The position numbers and the translations under genes are program-made. Below, piece after piece: positions 36,680 to 47,140 of a stretch of DNA of 64,000 bases (positions are counted from its first letter, which is position 1; each line of letters begins with the position of its first letter). This DNA comes from an uncultured Planctomycetota bacterium. Its GTDB lineage: Bacteria > Planctomycetota > Planctomycetia > Gemmatales > Gemmataceae. The stretch lies in NCBI GenBank assembly GCA_963849325.1, contig CAWKHF010000001.1:64001-128000 (forward strand), read 5' to 3'. The notes under the pieces were generated by a model, which ran no database searches, was not told the DNA's origin, and saw nothing but the letters and a program-made list of their open reading frames with translations.

Positions 36680-37243
36680 ATGCGACGTATCCCTCGTTGT
36701 TGCGCTGTCCTGGTCTTGTTCGGTGCGGCCGTCTGTTCGGCGGAGGAGCCGTGCCAGTCGGGGCCGAAGCCAGGCCAGCGTCCGGGTCCGTATTCGTCCC
36801 TCGTCTCGGTGGGTCCGCAGCGCGGCCAGCCACACTGCTTCATCTGCGAGACGGCCGATCGGCCCGCCGTCATCGTCTTCGCCCGCACGCTCGGCGAACC
36901 GCTCGGCAAGCTCGTCCGCGGACTGGACAAGGCGCTGGTCGATCACAAGGACGCCGAACTGCGTGCCTGGGTGACGTTTCTGAGCCGCGATCAGACCGCC
37001 TTCGATCCGAAGGTCGTCGAGTGGAGCAAGAAGCAGGCCCTGCGCAACGTACCGCTGGCCGTGTTCGAGGACGTAGTCGGGCCGCCGAGCTACTTGCTGG
37101 GCCGTGATGCCGACGTGACGGTGCTGCTCGCGGTCAAGCAGAAGGTCGTCCGCAACTTCGCTTTCCGCGCCGGGGAGCTGAACGACGAACGAATCGCCGA
37201 AATCCTCAAGGCAGTACCGGAAATCACGAAGTCATCAAAGTAA
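36680..37243 (+). CDS. Secreted hypothetical protein with CxxC (possibly thioredoxin-like)
   Basis: GGAG RBS, signal peptide, HCFICE, alternating alpha/beta pattern. Confidence 0.7.
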   Translation: MRRIPRCCAVLVLFGAAVCSAEEPCQSGPKPGQRPGPYSSLVSVGPQRGQPHCFICETADRPAVIVFARTLGEPLGKLVRGLDKALVDHKDAELRAWVTFLSRDQTAFDPKVVEWSKKQALRNVPLAVFEDVVGPPSYLLGRDADVTVLLAVKQKVVRNFAFRAGELNDERIAEILKAVPEITKSSK

Positions 37244-37244
37244 T

Positions 37245-37309
37245 GGCGAACGGCCGGCGTCAGCCGGCTGGTGTGTACCAAACCAGCCGGCTGACGCCGG
37301 CCGTTCGCC
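37245..37309. repeat. REP-like palindrome between convergent genes
   Basis: ggcgaacggccggcgtcagccggctgg ... ccagccggctgacgccggccgttcgcc. Confidence 0.85.
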
Positions 37310-37315
37310 CCTTCG

Positions 37316-38963
37316 CTATCGTACGCGGGCCTGGAAACGAACGACGCCGCTGGTCCCCGGCATCAACCGGCCGCTGATTTCCCAGCGCAGAATGACGGAG
37401 CCGGCCTCGTTGGCCTGCGTCGTGAACACCGCCGGGCGGTCGGACTGGGCGCTGCCGGGAACATACTCCAGGCGCGTCGTCAGACTGTCGGTGACGGCCA
37501 CGTCCGTGATCGGTCGGCCGCCGTGGTTGCTGTATTTCAAGAGGAACGTCACAACGTCGCCGACGTTGGCGGCGTGACGATCGGCGCACTTGATCAGGAC
37601 GAGCGGCTTGTCCGGCGGGCAGGGCGTCTCGTTGCAACAAACCGTCAGGTCGCGCGTCTCCACCTCGGCCCGGACAACCTGTGGCCCCGCCTCGACGCGA
37701 CCGACCACCGCCGTGCCGACCACCTGCTCCGTCCCCTGCACGTTGACGCGGTTACTCAACTGACGCGCCAGCTCCATTTGTTTCGCCAGCCGCGCGCGTT
37801 CGACCTCGCTGAGGGTCCGCACGGCCTTCGTGTCCAGCAGGGCAATCGGCCCGAGCGGGACGTCCATCGCATCGAGCACTTCCAGGTGGATCAAGCCGCC
37901 GGTGCCCGTGACGGCTTCGTTGACGCTCGGCCGGGCCCGGCCGTGCGCTCCCTGGAGTTGCTCGTATTTGCGTGCCTGCAACGGGGGCGTGAGTACGTCG
38001 AGGCGTTCGTGGAATTGCACGCGGCGAGCGTCGTTGACGGCCTGGACGCTGTCATATCGGCTTAGCGGCGTCTGACCGCGCAACACGGCATAGCGCGGCA
38101 CGCACAGGCAGACGCGATTGGAGTGCGTGACGTGGCGTCGGCCGTGGCTGTCGGTGTACTCGGCGACGGTGTCCTCCGGCTCGACGCCGGCCAACCGGCC
38201 GTCGGCGTCGAAGCCGGCGCGGTTGCCCTGGTCGCCGCCGTCGTGCAGGCACTCCTCTTCGGGCGGTTTCGGGCCGTACCGTGGATCGAAAAACGGCCGG
38301 CAATCCCAGAGCAGGCAGGGCGGTCGAGCCGCCAGCAGAATCACCTTCTCGCCGGGATGCAAGATCGTGCCCGGCACCGACGATTGAGCCAGTTCCTCGT
38401 CGGACACCAGCAGACGGCCGCCCATGCGGATGACGAGCATGGGCCGGCCGCGGTCGCGCGCCTCGGCCAGCAAATTCCGGCCGGGCGGCAGGTCGGTCTC
38501 GGTCGGCAGGTCGGGCGATGTCGTGGTCGGCAGCGCGTGGTCGGGGTGCTCCAGGTATACCACCTTGGTAATCAGGTTGCCGGCCAGGACGCTTTCGACG
38601 TCGTCGTCGGTCAGCACGACAGGAGCAGGATAGGCGGAGGCGTTCAGCCGCGGCGGCAGATTCAAACTGCCGCGTACTTCCAGCGTCGGATAGATGCTGA
38701 CGCCGGGACGGCCCGGCAGGTGGCTGAGCTGCACGCGGTAGAAATAGCCCGGCCTCATACCGACGGCCACCGGGGCGTCGAAGGCCCGGCCGCGCGACTG
38801 CCCCTGGTAGAAGGTCGCCCGCAGGCCCGGCGGGCCGAGGAAGCGGACGAACAGCAGCGGCGAGGGGCCGCGCCCCGGCAGGGGCGGGACCATCTGAGCG
38901 ACCGCCGGCGCCGCCACGGCGGCCAGCAGCACGAGCAGCCAGCTTGAGATGACGGAGGTTCAT
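37316..38963 (-). CDS. Secreted protein: unnamed N-terminal domain plus C-terminal DUF11
   Basis: Signal peptide (indel near the start). C-terminal KCAD..A.VGDVVTF.L.YSN.G...V.DSL..RLEYVPGS. Confidence 0.85.
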
Positions 38964-38995
38964 GCGGAGATCCGAGGGTAGGTATCATCGGCCAG

Positions 38996-39065
38996 TCCGT
39001 TTAGCCGCGACGCGCAGCGGAGCGCGGGGCTTACCGCGCTCCGCTGCGCGTCGCGGCTAAACGGA
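38996..39065. repeat. Family A REP doublet, copy 5
   Basis: Same arms. Confidence 0.95.
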
Positions 39066-39084
39066 GTTATGGTTCCACAAACGC

Positions 39085-40590
39085 TTAGCGTGCGCCGGGC
39101 GCGGGTCGGGAGTCCGACGGTCCCCAGCTGGTGAGCTGGCCGGCCAACTCGGCCAGGGTCGGCCGGCGTCGGGGCGTCTGCTGCGTTTGCTTCTGCGACT
39201 CGACCGGCGGCGCGAAGGGGCTATACTGCGCCTGCTGCACATTGCCGGGCGGCGGAATGGCCGCGCCCAGTGGCGTGCCCGGCTGACCGGGGAAAGGCGC
39301 GCCTACCGGGGACGTGTTCGGCGGAACCGGCATCTGCGGCCCGGACGCGCCCGGCACCGGCGGCAACATCTGGCCCGGTGGCACCAGGTTCGGATTCGGC
39401 GCCTCCGGCAGCGGCATCTGACCGTTCACCACCCCGTAGGGCACCATCGGCGGACGCGGCGGCAGACCCGGTCCCATCTGTCCCATCTGCATGGGCATGC
39501 CTGGCGCGGCCGGCATACCCGGCGGCATCTGTCCCGGCGGATGCACCGCCTGCTGCTGGAATGGGTTGGGCGCCTCCATCGACGGCGTATTCGGCGCCTC
39601 CAGGTCGATATTGCCCAGCCGGATCACCAGCAGGATGCTGCCGCGCCGCTTGGCCTCGACGATCGGATCGACGCCCGGCTCCAGCCGCGACGACACCACC
39701 TCGTCCGGTCCCGTCGCCGCCAGATCCTGGAATTGCGGATCGGGCAGGTAGATGACCTTGACCACGAAATTGCCCGCCGCCACCTGCTCGAAGTCCTCCT
39801 CGGTGAAGGCGACCGGCACGGCACTGTGGGCCAGGAACGTGCACGTCTTGGCCTTGGACGGCACCACTTCCAGGGTCGGATACAGCTCGACGCCCGGCCG
39901 ATTGGGAATGTCGCTCAGCTTGAGGCGATAGATCGACGCTTGCAGGAAGTTGTAGCGTGCCGGCGCTTCGAGGAACTGCGGCCCGAAGCCGCCGCGGCCG
40001 TCGGCGGTCGGTCCATACCAGGCGATCTTCATGCCGGCCGGGCCGACGAAGCGCACCTCGGTGCGCTGAATGGGAAAAGGCGCGGCCACGCCGCCAGTGA
40101 GGGCGCCGACGGCGGCGACGGCCCCCGGCGGACGCATGCCCGGCGGCAAAACGCCCGGCGGCATGCCGGCGATGCCCGGCGGCGAGATCAGTTGTCCCGG
40201 CGGCATCAGGCCCGGCGGCATCGGACCACCGGCCCCCGGCATGGGGCAGGCGCCGCCGGCGCACTGTCCGCCGACCGGCACGATCGGCAAAGCGCTATCC
40301 TTGAAGTAGCCGCTCTGCTGGACCAACTCCAGCGGCATGCTCTGCGCCAGCATGGCGCGAGCGGCATCCGTCCCGTTGGGCGGCTTGACGTTGTACGGCG
40401 CCGCCATCGCCACGGGTTGACCCCACGGGCCTTGCACCGTCGCCACCTCCGGCATCGACTGCGGACCCCAATGGACGCCGTCGGGCGCCTCCTTGTTCCA
40501 GTACTGGCTCATGAAAGGCCCGCCCAGCGCCGAGGCCGCGCCGCCGCCCAGCACGGCCAGGAGCAGCAGGATCGCCCGGGTTCGCTTCAT
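39085..40590 (-). CDS. Secreted Pro/Gly/Met-rich protein with a central domain paralogous to 37316..38963
   Basis: Signal peptide, VRFVGP.G, YRLKLS.IP.RPGV.LYPTLEV, GN.V.KV.YL, RG..LLVIRLG. Confidence 0.85.
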   Translation of the reverse strand: MKRTRAILLLLAVLGGGAASALGGPFMSQYWNKEAPDGVHWGPQSMPEVATVQGPWGQPVAMAAPYNVKPPNGTDAARAMLAQSMPLELVQQSGYFKDSALPIVPVGGQCAGGACPMPGAGGPMPPGLMPPGQLISPPGIAGMPPGVLPPGMRPPGAVAAVGALTGGVAAPFPIQRTEVRFVGPAGMKIAWYGPTADGRGGFGPQFLEAPARYNFLQASIYRLKLSDIPNRPGVELYPTLEVVPSKAKTCTFLAHSAVPVAFTEEDFEQVAAGNFVVKVIYLPDPQFQDLAATGPDEVVSSRLEPGVDPIVEAKRRGSILLVIRLGNIDLEAPNTPSMEAPNPFQQQAVHPPGQMPPGMPAAPGMPMQMGQMGPGLPPRPPMVPYGVVNGQMPLPEAPNPNLVPPGQMLPPVPGASGPQMPVPPNTSPVGAPFPGQPGTPLGAAIPPPGNVQQAQYSPFAPPVESQKQTQQTPRRRPTLAELAGQLTSWGPSDSRPAPGAR

Positions 40591-40639
40591 ACTTCCCCCC
40601 TAGTTACGGTTAGCCTGTTCCGGCGAACGGTTTCCCACC

Positions 40640-40692
40640 AGCCCGGAGCGCTAGCGACGGGTTGCTACAACCCGTCGCTAGCGCTCCGAGCT
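40640..40692. repeat. REP-like palindrome (agcccg.agcgc.agcgacggg family)
   Basis: Related to the 60583 copy. Confidence 0.85.
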
Positions 40693-40819
40693 AGTAGGTC
40701 ATCGGCGCACCCCGAGGGCGACGCGCAGTGTCCAGTTCGTCTTTTGTCTTTCCCCTCCTGTGGGTATAAGTCGGCCCGCCGTGCGGATGATCTTTCGTCA
40801 AACCCGGAAGGCTTTACCC

Positions 40820-41788
40820 ATGTGGATGTACCGATTCCTTCTGGCGATTCTCGGCGGCAGCTGCCTGGTGGTCCTGTCGGCCACGTTGACGCGGACGGCG
40901 GCTTCCCTGGCTCCCGTCGCTTCCGCGGCCGTCGCCGCTCCCGCCGCTGCCGAACTTCCCGCGATTTCGCCCGCTCCCGATCCACGGCCGGACCCCGAGG
41001 CCGAGCGCGGCATGGAGCGGGCCATCGAGGCGCTCAAGGGCGATCGCTTCGTCTGGCAGGAGATGGCGATCTGGCAAAAGGTCCAGCTGCCCGGTTACGC
41101 CTACGAGGCGGACGGATGCTACCGGATGGCGCCGGGACAGCGCTTCCGCCTGGAGATGCACACCCACCTGGGCGAGTCCGAGGGCACGATGCTGATGGTC
41201 AGCGATGGCCGCGATTTGTGGCAGGCCGTCCGTTCCGGCGAGGGACCGTGGGAGAACGTCACGCGCCTGAACCTGTCGGAAGTGTTCGCCGTTATGAATG
41301 GCCCATCGGGACCGCGGCTGCGCGACGAGTTCCTGCAACGGCCGCATTTCCAGGGCATGGCGCCGCTGGTACGCAACCTCCGCCATTGCCTGGTATGGGC
41401 GCGGATCGAGACGATCGAACGCCCTGCCGGCGGGCAGATTCACTTGGTCGGCGTCTGGTCGAAGGAGGACGCGATCCGGCACGCGCCGGCGGGCGAGGCG
41501 TGGCCGGCCGGCTTGCCGCGTCAGTGTCATCTGTACCTCGACGCGCGCACGCACTGGCCGCAGCGCGTCGAGTGGTGGGGTCCTCACGCCGCCGCGGGCG
41601 CCGACCGCTTGCTGGTGCAGATGGAGTTCCGTAATCCCGTCTTCGACCGTCCCTTGTCGGCGGAGGCGTGCGAACGTCTGTTCGCCTTCCAGCCCGGCGA
41701 CGCCGAGGTCGAGGACGAAACCGCGAGCGTGACCGCCGACCTGACCAACCGTGCCCGCGAGCTGGCGGCCCAAACGGCGACGCATTAG
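40820..41788 (+). CDS. Exported hypothetical protein, possibly LolA/LolB-like fold
   Basis: Signal peptide, FRLEM, LMVSDGRDLW, LYLDART.WP.RVEW, F.FQP. Confidence 0.65.
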   Translation: MWMYRFLLAILGGSCLVVLSATLTRTAASLAPVASAAVAAPAAAELPAISPAPDPRPDPEAERGMERAIEALKGDRFVWQEMAIWQKVQLPGYAYEADGCYRMAPGQRFRLEMHTHLGESEGTMLMVSDGRDLWQAVRSGEGPWENVTRLNLSEVFAVMNGPSGPRLRDEFLQRPHFQGMAPLVRNLRHCLVWARIETIERPAGGQIHLVGVWSKEDAIRHAPAGEAWPAGLPRQCHLYLDARTHWPQRVEWWGPHAAAGADRLLVQMEFRNPVFDRPLSAEACERLFAFQPGDAEVEDETASVTADLTNRARELAAQTATH

Positions 41789-41803
41789 AAGGTCCAACAA
41801 AAT

Positions 41804-41914
41804 GAGCCTCACGCAAAGGCGCGAAGAACGCAAAGGAAAAGAAAATGGAGACCCAAGCGACTCGCGCCTCTTTTTTGTCTTCCTTTGCGTTCTTTGCGCC
41901 TTTGCGTGAGGCTC
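41804..41914. repeat. Inverted repeat with CGCAAAG sub-units between convergent genes
   Basis: gagcctcacgcaaaggcgcgaagaacgcaaagga ... tcctttgcgttctttgcgcctttgcgtgaggctc. Confidence 0.85.
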
Positions 41915-41921
41915 TTCATCT

Positions 41922-43998
41922 TCAATCCACATACGGATCGGCGCCGAGATCCTTGAGGATTTCCTGGCGCTGGTGTTCGTGGACGAGCAGATCGACGCGG
42001 CTACGGAAGTGGCGGCGTTCGACGCGGCGCTGGGCGCGGCGAAACAGGAAGAGGTACTTGTCCCAGTCGAGGTTGCCGCCGCGCCGGCCGAACTCCTTCC
42101 ACTTCTCCTGCGTCCGGGGGCCGAGTCCTTCGAGCAGCTCGTCTTCCAGCGACAGGAAGAACTGAGCGCTGCCGGGGTCGCCCTGGCGTCCGGCGCGGCC
42201 CATGAGCTGGCGGTCGATGCGCAGCGCTTCGTGCCGCTCGGTGCCCAGGACGTGCAGGCCGCCGGCGGCCAGCACCTCGGGAGCCGGCTTGATGTCGGTG
42301 CCGCGGCCGGCCATGTTCGTGGCGATCGTCACCCGACCCGCCTGGCCCGCCTGGGCGACGATCTTCGCCTCCTGCTCGTGCTGCCGGGCGTTGAGCACCT
42401 GATGCTCGATCGCCCGCCGCCGTCAGCCGTTCGCTCAGCTTCTCCGACTTCTCCACCGAGCGCGTGCCGATCAGCACCGACCGGCCCCCGGCACGCAGTC
42501 GGCACCACCTCCTCCACCACGGCGTCGAACTTGGCGTCCTCGGTCGGGAAGACGCGGTCGGGCCAGTGGTCGCGACGGATCGGCCGGTTGGTCGGCACGC
42601 ACACCACCCAGAGCTTGTAGACGCGGCGCATCTCCCAGCGGTTCTGCAGGGCCGTGCCGGTCATGCCGGCCAGCTTCTTGTACAGGCGGAAGTAGCTCTG
42701 GAAGGTGATCTGGGCGGCGTGGTCGGACGGCATGTGTGATCGGCACGCCTCTCCTTGGCCTCGACGGCCTGGTGCAGCCCCTCGCGCCAGTGGCGATCCG
42801 GCATGCGCCGGCCGGTGAACTCGTCGATGATGACGATCTTGTCCTTGTCGATCATGTAATGCTGGTCGCGGCGGAAGCGGTAGTGCGCTTGCAGCGCCTG
42901 CTCGAGGCGCTCCTGCAGCTTGTCCATCGCTTTGCCGTGCGGCCCGGACGGCGGGTTGGAGTAGCGGGCCAGCTGCTTGCCCACGCCGGTCAGCTCGAGC
43001 TTCTGCTTCTTCGGTGTCGAAGTAGAAGTGCTCGCTCGTACTTCATCTGCTGGACGAGTTGGTCGGCCCAGAGGTAGACGATCTGCTCCTCCGGCGTGGC
43101 CGGCCGCGCTCGGCCGGCTGATGATGAGCGGCGTGCGCGCCTCGTCGATGAAGATGTTGTCGGCCTCGTCCACCAGGGCGAAGTGGTGCGGCCGCTGCAC
43201 GTTGGCGTCCTCCGGCGAGGCGCCGGCGCTCGCTCTTGAGCCAGGCGTCCCAGAACGGCGTGTCCTGGCCGCGCGCGCCGGCCACCTTGAGGCGGTCGCG
43301 CAGGAAGTCGAAGCCGAACTCCGAGGCGGTGCCGTAGGTGATGTCGCAGCGGTACGGCGCTGTGCGGTCCTGGTCGCCCATCTGCTCTGCATGACGCCGA
43401 CGCGTCAGGCCAAGGGCGTTGTAGATCGGCCCCATCCACTCGGCGTCGCGGCGGGCCAGGTAGTCGTTGACGGTGGTGACGTGGACGCCCTTGCCTTCCA
43501 GGGCGTTGAGGAACGCCGGCAGCGTGGCGATGAGCGTCTTGCCTTCGCCGGTGGCCAGCTCGGCCAGGGCGCCCTGGTGCATGACGACGCCGGCGGCCAG
43601 CTGCACGTCGAAGGGCCGCAGGCCCAGGTGACGGCGAGACGGCCACGCAGACCAGGCCGAACGCCTCCGGCAGCAGTCGTCCAGCGATTCGCCGCCGCGC
43701 GCCCGGCCGCGCAGCCGCAGGCCGGTCAGTCCGAAGCTCCGCGTCGGACAGGCGATCGTAGGTCGCTCTCCCAGTGGCGGATGCGCGGCACGTACAGGGC
43801 GGCCCGCGCCAACCGTCGCTGCCACGGCAGACCGACCAGGGCCAGCAGGGCGTTGCGCCAGCGATAACCCAGACGGTTGCGCGGCAAGGGACGGCAGGAG
43901 TGTACAACGGCTTCCGGGGATTCGGGCCGGTCACGGTCGATGCTCGCTCAAGGCGACGGACCTCCGCAAGAGACGGGCGACGTCTGGTCCGCCAGCAT
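41922..43998 (-). CDS. secA: Short SecA paralog, SecA2-like (multiple frameshifts, start approximate)
   Basis: [78 protein letters not shown]. Confidence 0.9.
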
Positions 43999-44018
43999 AC
44001 CAACACCGTCCGGCGCAG

Positions 44019-44110
44019 GCTGTACGACCTCTCCCGTGGCCAGCAAGCCGGAAGGCTGCAAACCGAAAAAAAACCGGCCGACTCGCTGTACCACCTCTCC
44101 CATGGCCAGC
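44019..44110. repeat. Two 26-nt direct repeats, period 66 nt
   Basis: gctgtacgacctctcccgtggccagc (44019-44044) and gctgtaccacctctcccatggccagc (44085-44110). Confidence 0.8.
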
Positions 44111-44507
44111 GCGAGCCGGTCGGTTTTGGTTCGCTCTCTCTCCCAGAGACGAACGGCCCTCTGAGAGCAAACGTCGGACCAATTGCGAAACCTTCGATTC
44201 CTGCGGGGTCTTCTCATCCCGCTAATGCTTTTTACAAGCGAGTTTACGTCCAAGTGCTTCGGCGGGTCGGATCGCCGGAGCGGACGCGCTCTTCGGAGGA
44301 TCGCCCAATCGCCATGCGTTGCCTGCCCGTTCTCTGGGCGAGGGACCGGCTCGGCATCGTCGATCGGCAGAGCGAATGCGGTTGGTTGGGTCGTTTGAAT
44401 TTTCTGCATTTTGTCGATCTTGTGTCCGAAGGATAAACAGGAGCAAATTGACCTCGCCCCGCCAACCTCCTAGCATGAAGCGGGGGTTGCATCCGGGCCG
44501 ATGCGAC

Positions 44508-44559
44508 TTTGTTTCGCCGCGACGCGAGCGAGTCGCACTGCGCGTCGCGGCGAAACAAA
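44508..44559. repeat. Family A REP doublet, copy 6 (internally deleted, C/G variant)
   Basis: tttgtttcgccgcgacgcg ... cgcgtcgcggcgaaacaaa. Confidence 0.85.
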
Positions 44560-44593
44560 GAGCATAAGCGGTCCCCAACCAGTGAGCATTGCG

Positions 44594-45556
44594 ATGGCCA
44601 CCGACATCCGACTGAAGGAAGCGCTGCCGGAGATCACCGAGACCGTCGTCGCCACCTATACCGAGTGCAGCCGCACCAGCCACCTCGGCCACAAGCCGCT
44701 GCCCAGCCGCGAGGCCGTCGTCGAGATCCTCTGCGACTTGCTCGACATCCTTTATCCCGGTTACTGGCGGCGGCAGAACCTGCACATCGGCAACGTCGAG
44801 TACCACGTCGGCGACCTGATCGACGGCCTGCACGACAAGCTGACGCAGCAGATCGCCCGCGCCCTGCGGCACGAGCAGGATTGCTCGCCGGCCGAGGCGC
44901 GCGCTGCCGATCGACTTCGAGGCGTTGGCCCAGCAGAAGACGGTCGAACTGCTCAAGCGGCTGCCCGACGTGCGCATGGATCCTGGAGCAGGACGTGCAG
45001 GCGGCCTTCGAGGGCGACCCGGCCGCCAAGAGCTATCACGAAATCATCTTCTGCTATCCCGGCCTGGAGGCGGTGTCGGTCTACCGCATCGCCCACGAGT
45101 TGCTGCTGCTCGGCGTGCCGCTGATTCCGCGCATGATGACCGAACACGCCCACTCGCAAGACCGGCATCGACATCCACCCCGGCGCCCGCATCGGGCCGG
45201 GCTTCTTCATCGACCACGGCACCGGCGTCGTCATCGGCGAGACGTGCGACATCGGCCGCAACGTCAAGCTGTACCAGGGCGTGACGCTGGGGGCGCTGTC
45301 GTTCCCGCGCGACGCCGACGGCAACATCATCCGCGGCATGAAACGGCATCCGACGCTGGAGGACGAGGTGGTGGTCTACGCCAACGCCACCATCCTCGGC
45401 GGCGACACGGTCATCGGCCGCCACGCGGTCATCGGCTCCAACGTCTGGCTGACGCAGAGCGTGGGTCCGTTCGCCGTGGTGTCGCTGGAGAAGCCGTCGC
45501 TGCGCATCCGCCAGCCGGGCACCAGCGTCGAGGAGGCGCTGAACTATCAGATTTGA
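44594..45556 (+). CDS. cysE: Serine O-acetyltransferase (frameshifted)
   Basis: GDPAA, YPG...[36 protein letters not shown]. Confidence 0.92.
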
Positions 45557-45595
45557 ATTCGGGACGTGCGCCTTCTCGTTCCCGATCCCTGCGCG

Positions 45596-45964
45596 TCAGA
45601 TTAGTTCGGACAGCTGCGCTTCGCTCAGAGGCACGACGAAGGTGCAGCCGGCGAGGAACGTACCGTCGCCGAGCGGTTGCAGATGTTTGACGCGGACGAG
45701 GACCGATCGCGTTTCCAGGGAGGTGCCGGGAAAGCGGATTACCAGTACGGAACCCTGGGCGAACGAACGATCGACGATGAGACCGACGCCCTGCATGGAG
45801 AGATCCTGGATCTTGGCCGGGCGCGGCTCCGCTGGTTTCATGCCGAACAAATGCCAGAGCATTTGCAAGCGACGCGGTGGATAGCGCACCCACGCCCGCC
45901 GCTCCGCGGTCTGCGGCACCTTCGGCGTGCGGGTCGGCGTTGGAGCAGGATCGGCCATGCTCAT
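45596..45964 (-). CDS. PilZ domain protein
   Basis: ERRAWVR (RxxxR) and DLSMQGV (DxSxxG). Confidence 0.85.
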   Translation of the reverse strand: MSMADPAPTPTRTPKVPQTAERRAWVRYPPRRLQMLWHLFGMKPAEPRPAKIQDLSMQGVGLIVDRSFAQGSVLVIRFPGTSLETRSVLVRVKHLQPLGDGTFLAGCTFVVPLSEAQLSELI

Positions 45965-46074
45965 TCCTTGTTGGGGTGTTTCTCTCGTTGAGGCAACCCT
46001 AAAATATCTTTTCGCACCTGTCAAACAAATGGGAAAGACCGAGGAGGAATCTCCTCGCTGGGCGGCCGTCGCGG

Positions 46075-47082
46075 ATGAAAACTTCCGTCTTCACGATCGA
46101 TCCGAACGCGCCGGACGCGAAAAGCATCGCCGAGGCGGCGCGCGTGATACGCGACGGCGGCTTGACGGCCTTCCCCACGGAGACGGTCTACGGACTGGGA
46201 GCGAACGCCCTGGACGCCTCGGCGGTGGCCCGCATCTTCGCCGCCAAGGGCCGGCCAGCCAACAACCCGCTCATCGTCCACGTCGCCGAGTCCGGTGAGG
46301 CGAAGCAGCTGGTCGCCGACTGGCCGGCGACGGCCGCGCGCCTCGCCGAGCGATTTTGGCCGGGGCCGTTGACGCTGGTGCTGCCCCGGTGCGACCGGGT
46401 GCCGGACGTGGTGACGGCGAGCGGGCCGACGGTGGCCGTGCGCGTGCCGGCTCATGCGGTGGCGCAGGCGCTGCTGCGCGCCGCGGGGGTGCCGATCGCC
46501 GCCCCCAGTGCCAACCGCTCGACGGAGCTATCGCCGACGCGGGCCGAGCACGTCCTGCGCGGCCTGGACGGGCGCATCGACGTGCTGCTGGACGGCGGGC
46601 CGACGGCGGGAGGCATCGAATCGACGGTACTGGATCTCACTGCACCCTCGCCGCGCCTGTTGCGTCCCGGACTGCTCGGCATCGCTGAATTGGAATCCGT
46701 GGTCGGGCCGGTGACTCTTATGGTAAGGGGCGAGGAAACGACTCGGACGCTTCCCTCGCCGGGTATGCTGCCGCGCCACTACGCGCCGCGCACGCCGCTG
46801 GAAGGCGTCGAGGCGGCCAGCGCCGAGCGCGTCGCGGCCCTGGTTCGGGAGGGACGGCGCGTCGGCTGGGTGACGTTCGCCGATTCCGACCAGACGGCGA
46901 TGCCCGGCGTTTGGCAGCGCGTGCTGCCGGCCGACCCCGCCAGCTACGCGGCTGGCCTCTATGCGGTGCTGCACGAACTCGACACCGCCGGCCTGGACCG
47001 CATCATCGTGGCGCTGCCACCGGATACCCTCGACTGGTTGGCGGTACGCGATCGCCTCCGCCGTGCCGCTGCGGACGGATAA
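46075..47082 (+). CDS. sua5: L-threonylcarbamoyladenylate synthase, Sua5 type
   Basis: FPTETVYGLG, KGRP.NNPLIVH, AAPSAN, ESTV, C-terminal PGML.RHYAP. Confidence 0.95.
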   Translation: MKTSVFTIDPNAPDAKSIAEAARVIRDGGLTAFPTETVYGLGANALDASAVARIFAAKGRPANNPLIVHVAESGEAKQLVADWPATAARLAERFWPGPLTLVLPRCDRVPDVVTASGPTVAVRVPAHAVAQALLRAAGVPIAAPSANRSTELSPTRAEHVLRGLDGRIDVLLDGGPTAGGIESTVLDLTAPSPRLLRPGLLGIAELESVVGPVTLMVRGEETTRTLPSPGMLPRHYAPRTPLEGVEAASAERVAALVREGRRVGWVTFADSDQTAMPGVWQRVLPADPASYAAGLYAVLHELDTAGLDRIIVALPPDTLDWLAVRDRLRRAAADG

Positions 47083-47140
47083 GTGGAGAACTCGGATCGA
47101 GTTATCCGTTGAAAATACTCCTCAACTCGGAGGAATGCTC

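Noticed and set aside
44019-44110. Mini-CRISPR (66-nt period)
   Set aside because: Only two units, no convincing third copy, not palindromic, and no cas genes.
43948-44409. 153-aa minus-strand ORF upstream of secA2
   Set aside because: No motifs and poor codon bias. It may be real but is unsupported.
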